This document shows positions 38,139 to 49,400 of a DNA stretch of 64,000 bases, in pieces. Position 1 is the first letter of the stretch; the number at the start of each line of letters is the position of its first letter. Origin of the DNA: Felis catus (Eukaryota); the NCBI RefSeq assembly GCF_018350175.1, contig NC_058373.1, positions 101,186,001-101,250,000 on the forward strand, given 5' to 3'. Under the pieces are notes generated by a model that was not told the origin of the DNA, ran no database searches, and saw nothing but the letters and a program-made list of their open reading frames with translations. The position numbers were made by a program, and so were the translations under genes.

Positions 38139-40664
38139 TAAAAGAAGGGAGGTTCAGAGCCAATCAGAAATCAGTCCACATCATTTCTGCAACACCCAAC
38201 CCTGCCCCAGGAGACAGCCTCTTTTCTACTAAGCACCTGTTTTGCACCTACTTTGTTTCAGTTTCTGAGCTGGATGTCAGGGATTCTGGGCCGGGAAAGA
38301 CTGTATCCCTACCCTCGGAGAAGCTACAAATTAGAAGGGAACGTGGAAGAACTAGGAAATGCAACAGTCAATGCCAAAAAGGGTGGGACCGATGAAATCA
38401 AGGGGGAGTTGAAAAAAATTAACTACTGAACCCAAATGGATAGTGTCAAAGTGCTGAGCAGGGTCCAGGAGGCCCTCTCCTATTGCAGGCAGTAACCCTT
38501 TAATTGCTAGGTCACTAGGAGGTCCTGGGGGCGGGGGGCAGGTCCTGTGGAAGAATTTAATTATTTAGCAACCTGTCTGGTCATACTGGAGCACACAGCC
38601 TGGAGGTCCTACTGGGCTAGGACAGAGGCAAACCCAAGGTATAAGCAGAAAGAATGGCTTGGTGACCAGAGATAATGCTTGGGCCGCATCTCAAAAGGTA
38701 AACACTTACCTGATGGACACAAAGATGAAGGAGAGAGACACTTACAGAAGCATGGAGCTAAGAATCACCATACAAAGCCGACAGAACTATGAGGCCTGAT
38801 GTGGGAAGGGCGTCCACTGTAGGATATGGAACCAGCAGAGATGGGGCTGGAGGGGCAGACAAGGCAAGAACACCTCGAATGGGCTTTATCCTGCGGGTGC
38901 CGGAAGCCTGCTGAACCCTTTTAAGGAGTAACAAGACTATTACGGCAGGAGTTTGGCAAAGAGATTAAAGAAGTTTGAATCTAATGGTTTTGAATCTTCA
39001 ATGGTTTGAATAAGAGCAGAGAAGGACGATCAATATGAAGCTCTAAAGGAAGTACAAAAAAGATATTAGAAGGTGAAATCAACAGGAATAATTGTTCCGT
39101 TTGATGTAGGAAGTAGGAGGCATCACTGTAGAAAGAGAACAAGCCCTGTTAACACATAATTCCTTACACGAGTCCTCACTGTGCTACTTCTGAAAGCTGT
39201 GGATTTATAACTGACAAATTGTGGCACCTAGGGAAAAAAATCATCATAGCTATATCAAATGTGCTACGGTTATAAATGTAGCAGTTCAAAATAGTGACTG
39301 TCATTATAAAACTTTTTTGGGGGTGCGGAAGGAAAACCTTGTGGAACACATGCCTACTGATACTAAGGAAACAAGTACCCAGAGGACATAGGGACCATTC
39401 CAACTTGAGCTGGTGTGGAGTACCCATGGCCAGATTTTGCTTCATTTCTTCCATTTAACTTTTCATCACTATAGCAACAATCTTCAAAAAAATGAGAGGG
39501 AGACCTTTTAAAGTCTTTGTTATAGTCAAATTTATCTAAAAGGCCTAACTTTTCATCGAGGGAACTGAAGACAAGCAAGGCTTCTTTCAGACACTTGAAT
39601 TAAACTTTTCCCCCTTTTCTTTGCAAGTATCAATAGCTTAAGACAGAAACAGCATATGGGAAACCTAGAAAACCATTTACACTCAGCAGATATGTCCGGC
39701 TGAATTACTGAAGCCCACCTCAGCAGAGGTTAAACATTAACAGGTGCAAGGAGAGACTTGGTTAAAACACTGCTTCCTATGACTTCATCTCACAGAGAGT
39801 GAAGGTTCATGTATATTCTATATCCCCCTACCGTGCACCAATTCCTTTTCCCTCCCCTATTCATTTCAGCAGCTCTGTCTTCTCCACTCCCTTCCCCATC
39901 CCATTCCCCACCCTCACCCCGAGAGAAGAATACTCGGCTCTCCCCCTGTCAGCACGCCGCACTATCCACTATCCTCTGGGGCAGTCTTAGGCTATTTTGC
40001 TCCCCGGTTGAGATGAGGATGTCATCATTGAGCATCTTAATCTAGAACTGGCAGGTACATAATCCATCTGTACCCATCACCCTTGTCTTGCCCTTGCAGA
40101 TGTTGACAGGAAATTGTAGTAGTGCCTCCCTCTCCAAAACACAGCATTCTGGGTGAACACATTGGTAGGGGTAGGCACTCAAGGTGAAACCTACTTACTG
40201 TCACTGTATGTGGGATCCTGGTCATGTGCTCCCCCTCCCATCTGTAGGTGTAGTTCTACCTTTACAGCTTCTTAAGCACTAGGGGTTCAGGATATATTAG
40301 GCAGGTTTAGAAAAAAACAACAAACTTTCCTAAAACTCAACTACCAACTCCTCACCAAACTAACTCCAAAATATGCCAGGCACCTACCTTTACAAACTGT
40401 TAGTTTGTCCTTCCTTTCCCCTTTTTCTCTTCCATCCCCCTCACCCCACCTCTACCTCCCCATCTTTCCCTCAGTAAGGGTGGTGGTTGTCAAACGTCCA
40501 AAAAAAGAGACTTTGCTAAGAACCTAATGAACCTAGGAGGCGGTGGATGTTTTAAGAAACTTCCAGAACTAAGGTGAGGTCAGTGCTTCATCTCAGAATG
40601 ACTTTTTAAGAGCCTGAGTGTACTTGCATCCATTTTAAGGAAATGCAAACAAAGCACTTCTTAC

Positions 40665-40858
40665 CGGTTCTATGCAGCTCCATGCCCTTGGGTGTCCCCT
40701 GTGCCACCTGCTGGTGCCATGGACTCAAGGCCTCTGGGCTTGCCTCCTGGGCCATGATGGAAGTTACAAGAAGTGAGAGTGGGACCTCAAATATTCCCAC
40801 CCAATATCCGGCTGCTGGCCCCTTTAGATTCTGCTTTATATGTGCTGTATAATGCAGT
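40665..40858 (-). other. Candidate 194-nt exon of an unidentified minus-strand transcript
   Basis: Long polypyrimidine tract ending CGCAG, donor CCG|GTAAGA, one frame open throughout, Kozak-like ATCATGG at 40755; no homologue recognised. Confidence 0.25.
40701..40714 (-). promoter_or_regulatory. CTCF core motif CCAGCAGGTGGCAC
   Basis: Fits the consensus CCASYAGRKGGCRS. Confidence 0.4.
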
Positions 40859-41049
40859 CTGCGAGGAAGTGGAAGAAATGAGGAAAGAAGGGGGAAAGGA
40901 GGGTGATAGGCAGAGTAGGAGAAATGCCTATGAAGGTGGAGGAGGAAGGGAGGGAGAGAAAAGGAAAGGGGGTAAGAAAGAAAGGACATGAAGTGCTGTC
41001 CAGATTTTGTGACCCAATCCTCACAACACACCTGGGAAACATGCATAAT

Positions 41050-41210
41050 AATTATTACGGCTGTACCATCCTTTCCTCTGTTGAGGGAACAGAGGCTAAG
41101 AAAGTTTAAGGGAATCTTAAACAAAGTTTAAGGAACTTGCTTAAGATCATAGCTAGCATATTAGGAAGCAAGGATTTGAACCCAGGTACTATGACTCCAG
41201 AACCTGCTCT
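41050..41210 (-). mobile_element. MIR
   Basis: GAGGGAACAGAGGCT...AACTTGC...GGATTTGAACCCAGG. Confidence 0.75.
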
Positions 41211-43084
41211 TCCTACAAAGAGTGAAGGAAGAAAAGCCATTCGAGAGATGATAAAATGAATATTCTAAAGAAGTTTGAGCATCTTTGGAAGCCGGGAAAC
41301 AGAGTTAGCACTATTAAAAACATCAAAGGAAGGACTTTGGAGATCCTCTAGTCTAAATGGATTATTTTCAGAGGATGGAACTGATGCTTATAGAGGCTAA
41401 AATATTCCTCTGTAGTAAGAATAAGAGGGGAACCCCTTTTCCTCCCTACCCTAAGTACTGTCTTCATAAACAAACCTCTAAATAGTTGGGATGGGGGGGA
41501 CAGGATGGGGGAGTGGGCATCCGGGGAACAGAAAGAGGGCTGGGACTAGCTATTGCAGTCGTTGCCCTCGAAGAGTTAATTTCGAGTGTCAAAGTACCAG
41601 GAGCTTTCTCCTCTGCCTCCTGGGTGGGGGTCCAGGGAGGCCCTGGAGCGAATGCATGGGGTTCATTCAGTGACAGTGGATCAGCCAACATTGCCGGTCT
41701 GGCCACATGGACTGCTTGTGTTGGAGAGAGCGTGCCAGGACAGGCATTCCATACAAGCGGTCATAGCATTCTGCATTCTTGGAAGGGACCATCACTTAAC
41801 AGGAACGTGGATGGCTTTGTTATGTCTTATCTCCTAATCTGCAGTTGGAGGTTTTCCTTCCTTCTGCAGGTGCTCTCATTTCCTTCATTATTTGTTTATT
41901 AGAAAATCTTGTGGCCTTCCAAAGTCATTCTTATGCTAAGGAAGGTCGAATGTGATAACATATTTGTGTTGGCCAAGAGTGAGGACATAGCAAATACCGA
42001 AAGTCACATAATCATGAGTATAACTGAAAGTGGTGCTTCGCGGGTAAACAAAAGCTCCCTGCCCCCCACCGAAGGGGGCCCACAAAAGCTTCAAAAGCAC
42101 AGAGAAAAGGCTGCTGCTACAAATCTGGTTGCTTGAACGCTGTGGAAATTGTGGCTGGAACTATTTTTAAGGTTTAATTCAGAGATGTTGTGGGTCAGAC
42201 GGCACTTCTCATGTGAAATGAATGCCTGAGAAGGTCCAGTCTGGACCAAGCTTTGGGCGTGGGAAAGGAGTTCTCCATTCATTGGCATCCCTGAAGCCTG
42301 GAGGAAAAACAAAGCAACACTGAGTGGTGGGCCAGAGGAGAACCTACTTTATCCATAGCTCCAATAACTAAAGGAATGTAAAAGCAGACCAACAGAGACA
42401 CCAAGCCATCATTTCTGGCCAGGCACTATTCAGATGACTTTCTTATTTCTCGTACATCTTCTAAACATCAAGTTGAGAGTGTAAGTCCACATTTCTGTGC
42501 ACTTATAAGGATCTTATACCCCTAGACTCCACGAACCTCAGAGTAAACATCGATTTTTATCATTGCTTTACCATGAAATTTTTTTAAAAATTGAAATAAA
42601 TTATTGTCATATGAAAATATCTTCCTTGAAATTCTAACTTTTTATCTATGACCCCAGTACCTTAAGTGCTATTCAGATGAGTACTATTTTTTATAACCTG
42701 ACTTACTGCCAAATATACTTAAGATAATAGCCAAGGTCACATAAAATATGCATTATTAATAAGCAAAGGGATGGTAAAGAAAGGTAAGGAAAAGGGAAAT
42801 AAGGAAAAGGGCATAAATTATAAGCAGAAAGATGTCCAGTGCACAAAGTATATACCGTGAAGTCCTACACACCTGCTAAGGGTCAGCCACAATTTATTTC
42901 AACACTTCCCAGCTGCCAGCAAGAACGGGAACGAGTACTCAGCTGGGAGTGTCCGTGCACTAAGAACAAAACAACTGTTTCAGAGAAGCAATGTTGTTTG
43001 CAGTAGTAAGACCGCAAGGAAACTCCTCTAGGGAAGTCTCAAAGAAGTAGTCCCCGTGTAGTGTAACAAGCACTGTCTTGAACT

Positions 43085-43280
43085 CATTTGTTCATCCATC
43101 AAATCTCTACTGAGCTCCCACTAAGTGCCAGGCAGTGGGTGGGGAGCTGGGGATACAGAAGGGAGCAAACAGAATGGTCCTGCCCTCTCAGAAGTTAAAG
43201 TCTCCTGGAAAAGAAAGACGTTTGACCAAGTCATCACAGAAATTAACACACATATACAATTGTGACAAGGGGCCAAAAGG
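43085..43280 (-). mobile_element. L2 3' end
   Basis: CATTTGTTCATCCATC...TACTGAGC...GTGCCAGGCA...CCTGCCCTC. Confidence 0.7.
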
Positions 43281-43842
43281 AAGGAATGGTGAAGAGAATC
43301 TGACCTCACAGTGCTCTTAAGGTAAATCTAGCATGGGTATCATGGGCCTGTTGGGAGTCACCAATGTCTCACCCTCCACGTTATTTTGAGAGAAAGACAC
43401 AGAAAGTTTACATTCTGCAAGCCTCCAATTAAGTAGTGTCGATGAGAGGCTTTGAAAATTACAACACACTATTTAAATACAATAAAACCTTAGACTGCGA
43501 GTAACTTGTGCTGTGAGTATTCAAAAGAAGCAAACATTTCTAATAAATTTTAACTTGATAAGAGAGCTATGTCTTGCAATACAAGTAGTACATGACGCTG
43601 AACGTCACCTGATCACAACTGAGCCGATGGTTCTTGAAATTTGCTTTGATATACAAGTGGTTTGGATAACAAGCATGTTTCTGGAGCAAACTATGCTCGT
43701 AAAGCAAGGTTTTACTGTATAAGGTATCTGGTGTTGTTGGTTTTTTTTTAATTTTTAAAATATTTGACTGGAATATAATTTATATAACGTAATACTAGTA
43801 TGTTTCAAGTAAAACTCTCAAGTAGCATTTGTGTGTGTGCGT

Positions 43843-44078
43843 GTTTATTTGAGTATAGTTGACACACAATGTTATATTACTTTCATACAACATAGTGATT
43901 TGATAAGTCTACACGTTATGCTGTGCTCAACACAAGTGTAGCTACCATCTGTCACCATACAACACTGTTACAATGCTATTGACTATATTCCCTATATAGT
44001 CAATATATAGGGAATTGTGCCTTTTATTACCATGAGTTATCCATCCATAACCCGAAGCCTGTACCTCCCACTCCCCTT
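43843..44078 (-). mobile_element. Older carnivore L1 3' UTR fragment
   Basis: TATAGTTGACACACAATGTTA...GTAGCTACCATCTGTCACCATAC...CCTGTACCTCCCACTCCCC. Confidence 0.8.
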
Positions 44079-44323
44079 TAAATATAAGATATTTGAATTA
44101 GGGGGAAAAGTGTTCTTTGTAGCTAAAGAAGAAAGAAGTAGTCTGAATAAGTAGAATGTTATACAATTCTGATTAACTATAATTAATCAAAATACTTTAG
44201 CCATTATATTTTGGCAATTCAAAATAAGTAATATAACTGTATAAATGTTACCTAAGCAGTGCAAAGCAACCATCATTCAGCTTTTTAATTACTTTGACCA
44301 CATATTTAAAAGTATGCCAATAA

Positions 44324-44525
44324 GGGCACGTGGGTGGCTCAGTCAGTTAAGTGTCCACCAGGTCACAATATCGTGGTTCACGGGCTCCGTGCTGACAGCT
44401 GAGCCTGGAGCCTGCTTTGGATTCTGTGTCTCCCTCTCTCTCTGACCCTCCCCAGCTTACACTCTGTCACTCTCTCTCTCTGTCTCTCAAAAATAAATAA
44501 ACATTAAAAAAAATTTAATAAAAAT
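44324..44525 (+). mobile_element. Can-SINE with internal deletions
   Basis: AAAAGTATGCCA at 44308-44319 and 44526-44537. Confidence 0.93.
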
Positions 44526-46269
44526 AAAAGTATGCCAGTAATATTTGCTACAGTGTGATTACAAAATAAATTGGCTTCTAATTTTTAAATTGTATACTGA
44601 TATATCAGTTTAATCTATTTCTATTTTGTTACACTAATGAATCCTACATAATGAGAAATGGTTCATGCAATAGCAAAGAGCTCCAATTTATATGATTTTA
44701 CCAAAAACATTATTTGAACAAAGTAAAAACTATTTTTTTCTCTATCCCATCTTCCACTTACAATGACCTGCCTTTTCTAAACGTATAGTTCAAGTGCCTG
44801 AAATTTACATAGTGCTTTACAGTTTTTGGAGTCTTTTCATAGATGCTACTGAATTTATGCCATTCTGCAAAGTAGGCTAACCAGAAAAGTGAGGCTCAGA
44901 AAGGTTAAGTGTCAAGGTCAAATTGGTAAGGAGCAAAGCGAAGGTGGATGCAGCCACCTGAACTTCAAGATGAGGGTCCTTCCACTGTAACACTCTGTAA
45001 ATGACCTACCAAACTACCTAGAAAGGATATTGTACACAAGACATGTACATTTGCTCCAATGACAGAAGTAAAGATGGAGGGACAGTCTCTCCTAAGTTCA
45101 GACCTCACTGACATGTATGTAGCATGAAGTACTTGGATCAGAGTCCTTTCACAGAAAAGCAGGATTAGGGAATTTGTTTTGTGGATTATGTGCTTTCTGA
45201 AGTGCTTTGTGCCTCATCTCTTTGGCCATGGGAGCTTCACCAAAGTCTCACCCAGATCTTGCTCAACACTGGGAGACAGTAAGCACCAGTCATACAATCC
45301 GGGGCTCATCTTCCCAGGGATAATGCCTGCTTTTACCTCCACACCAGATAAAATAGACTCTCTGCGTCCTGGCTTCCTTCTGTCTTTCCCTTTCCACTAA
45401 AACTCCTTGGGGATGCCTTCATGATGATCCACATGTATGTGGAGTTGGTCACAGAATGGAAAAAATGAAGAGAGACTTGGCCCAGTGAAACTATTAGGCA
45501 TGTATAAATCAGTCTCTGTTAGATAAGCAGTCTCTAGCCATTTTGTTGAGGTTTTCACATTTGTTTACTTTGTTGGTAAACACAACTAGAGAAGAACAAA
45601 ATCACAGAGAACCAAAAGTCTTGAATGAAAAGCCAAATAGTTCCAGGCCCCTCTGGTTGCATCTGTTCCTTCCTCTAGATATGCAGGAACGTCAGCAGAC
45701 ATTTCAAATCTGAAGGTGAACAGAAGTAAAGCTTCCACACTGACAGAGGGAGGACCAGGCAGGGCCTCACCTGCCCGGCAGAAGCAATACAGAGATGGCT
45801 TTCAGAGCTCCACTATAGAAATGCTCAAAGTCACCCATTTCAGGGCTGGTTTTTATAGAAGTGACAAAGGGACAGGGTCTAGAAGGAAGATTCTATTTGT
45901 CACCTTTTTAATGTTGTATGAGCCACTGAGCTAGATGCTGAAAGGAATCCTTAGAAACCAAAACCACAGTGTCTATCCTCACAGAAGGCAGGGTCTTGCC
46001 CTTTAACTACTGTCCTGAAATCTCAGAAGGGAAAGTCCAGAGGTCCTCTTGAGAACTCACCATTCTCAGAGGTGACCCTGCTTCTAGCTAGTCATAAGCA
46101 ACAGGAATTGCAGCCGCGTGGCACAATCTCCTCCTCCCTTTCTATTTTTGCTTTACTAGGGGATTCTGGGGTTACTCCTCATAGAATTTATACAGGAAAA
46201 GAGAGTTTCTATATCGGTACCTTCAGGGACGGAGGGGTGGCGGGGAGCCTTGTTATATTTCTTTCCCTT

Positions 46270-46410
46270 TAGCAGTGGTTAAGGGTATGGCTTGAGACTG
46301 AGTCACACCTGAGTTTGAATCCCTGCTCTGCTACTTTCTAGCTGCGTAAATTGGGACAAGCATCTCAACCTGTCCAGGAATTCTCTGTAAAATGAAAGAA
46401 TTAAAGTAGG
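46270..46410 (+). mobile_element. MIR
   Basis: AGTGGTTAAG...CCTGAGTTTGAATCCC.GCTCTGC.ACTT.CTAGCTG. Confidence 0.75.
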
Positions 46411-49400
46411 GTCAGTGGTTGCAGAGAAGGCACGAGGTGATCCAAGTGAGCGCCCGGCAGAGTCTGACCAGAGAGGGTGATGGGTGATCGGGTGAAGTCA
46501 GCACTGTCACCCTCACCTGCCCCAGGCGGTCTCCACTAGCTCACCTTAAGCTGCCAAAAACACAAACATAGCCTAGGGCCCTACTAACTACGCATTGACT
46601 CCTTCCTGTAAGCAACCTTTTCTCAAGCACCAGTCACGCACTTTTGGAAAAGGTCTGGGAAGTCAGTATCTTCCTTCAAAGAATCTCAATAGGCTACATA
46701 TTCTCTAGTCTCTCTCTGCTACCTTTTTTCCAGCTGAAGACATGCGTTCTTCTGATCAGTGTTAAGAATGGTATTTTAGAATGCATTGTGATATCGGATT
46801 ATAGACGAGAAGGCACTTCCACATCCGCTGTCTCATGCGATTCTTAACAACGATCCTCCGAAGTAGGGCAGTCTCCTTAGGACGTGCAGAGAGACTTCTG
46901 ACTTGCCCAGAGTCACACGGCCAGGCAAACAGCAGACCAGGAATTGGACCCAGGTGACCCCAAACAGAGGTCTTCCATAACAGCCTGAGGGGTCAGAGAT
47001 GGGCTTCTCAGGTCTTCATCTGCAGGAGGGCCCGCTGCACACAAATGCTCAAGTAAACCCCTGGGTCCCTCACGAATCCATTAGAATGCAGGTGTTGTAG
47101 GCCCTGCTTATAAAACAGACCTATTCCTCTTGAGTGAGGGAGTAAGGCATCTCAGCAGAAATACATTTCACTGTCCCCTCCAACCCAGGCCCCATCCACA
47201 TGGAATGCCGGGAAGAGCTAAATAAACAGATTTAACGGACTTGCATGTTTTCCTTGCCAAACATTATAAAATGAAGTAATGGGCAACCTGCATTAATTCT
47301 GCTGGATTCTCAGACTTTCCTTTCTCCCCCTGAGGAATGGAAAATTATTTGAACGAGATGGGAAACCAGCTTTTCCTCTCTCTCTTTCAAAACTTCTCAA
47401 AACACATTACTATGCAACTGGAAGCCATTCAATTCTACTAAGTCATTAAGTTAAATCATCTGCACACATTTTCTCAGAAGGATGAGTTTGCATGGTGGAC
47501 TGATTTCATAGAACAGTTGCATGTAAACATCTCCAGGGAAAACCAGATGTTGGTGACGCACCAGTACCTAGTTAGTCCTCCAAAGAGTATGGCACTGGTT
47601 CTGGACATCATCTTTCCAGGAATCCTGCATCCCAGGGTGGAACTTCACTCCAGAAACCAGCTGGTGGGCAGTTTTGTTCCCCCTCCCCTCACTAATGCTC
47701 TTTGCTCACAGCTCTGTAGCACTTAGGGCAAAGAAGGCAGCCAGGCCACCCAGTGTTGCCCAGCTAAGATCTCTGGAAATCCCAGGCCTGAAATTCCACA
47801 GAACCACAAGGCCCCTAAAGGGATGGGAGAATAAAACCCCTGGACCCACTGGTTATTCCTATACATCACTCAGGGAGGTGGGCCCCAAGAACAGAGGGTC
47901 CACTGGGAACAAAGGCCTAGTAATTACGGGTCCCTGAAGGCACAGGCCTGGAGAGCCTTCAAAACAAAGGGAAGAAGGGAAGGGAGGGAGATGTGGCTAA
48001 AATGACCCCGGCCAAGAACTCAATAATGAAGTTACTTAATTACTTATTACGTGTTTTACTGTAGTAAAGGCTTTATGTATAGATCACAATAAACATACAA
48101 CACAAAGGAGGGGCGAACTGTAAGGACTTAGTCTAATTAGTGAAAAGAACATTAAGCAGCTGACCCTGTAAATACTTGCTTTAAAATCTAAAACTTAAAA
48201 AACATGTTACAAATGTCTTCCAGGGTCTGCCCAGCTAGAACAATAGGCCACCAATATAGCATTCCTTTACCACTGTTTGCAATTGAGTAGGGGAGCACAG
48301 CATGTCCAACAGGGGATGGCCTCAGTCTGGAAGCAATAAGCAATGTGTTAAGGTTTAAAGGTACGTTAAAAACTCAGATGCCCTGGGAACCAAAACAGGG
48401 TCCCAGAAAATTGAGTGATGTCAAGATTTTTCAGTGGCGGCAATTTCCACCCTTACATTAAAGGCATGGTAACACCATGTTTTAAAGGCTGGATATCCAT
48501 GGTTATGCGTAAAAAAGGAACCAATAAAGTTAACAAATCTATAGGTCTAGTGCTGTGGGTGAAACAGAAGTAGAAGCCACCAGCTCTCCCCTGAGAGAGC
48601 TTCCAATAATACTAAAGCAAACCTAGGAAAATAACGTACTGCCTCTGGTGACGGTACCTCCCCACCCCCAACTCCCCAGCTCTCAGTTCCTGACCTGTGT
48701 GTGAAGAACACCAAAAGCCTTCCTTCCTCTAACTGTAATTGACAGCAATAACTTCTGCTTGGTGAGGCAATATGCTTTCTCCATCCTTCTCACTGATTGG
48801 ACAAAGAAGCCCAAAAGTATCTAAAGCAGCCAAGGATGCTCTTCCTTATAAAAAACTAAAGTTTTCAGACATCTCTCAACAGAAGACTCAGCCCAGTATG
48901 CTTGGCCATACACAGTATGATTTCAGATCCTTGTAACTTGCCGAGATGTGGAGATTCAGATGAATGGAGCTACACAGGAAAGGAAGGTATTTGTATCTGC
49001 AAAATTTAAGGTGGGGGGCAGAGTGTGTACCCAGCGAAAGTTATAATTTTAACTCAAGGTCAAAGCCCCTGACAACTAAAATAATAATAATTGCTTACCT
49101 TTATTGCAAAGTCCAGATTCCATAACAAGATTTCAAAGAGACAAAGAGGAAGAAGAGGAGGAAGGGAGGATTGTTGAGTTTGACTTTGTGCCAAGCCATG
49201 TTTTATATGTTTGGCCATTATGAAGGCAAATAGTTAAACTTTGTAACTATCTTATCTTCACTGTACAGACGAGGACACCGATATTTAGAAAATGGAGCTA
49301 ACTTGCCGTATAGCAGTCACACTAGGATGTACCTTCCTTTCCCTTTAAGTGGGGCTTGCTCACTTTCCCTCAGCCCTGTTATCTGGCAACTTCCTCCACC

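Noticed and set aside
41486..41902. 138-aa plus-strand ORF
   Set aside because: Starts in a G-rich patch; no recognisable domain or splice context
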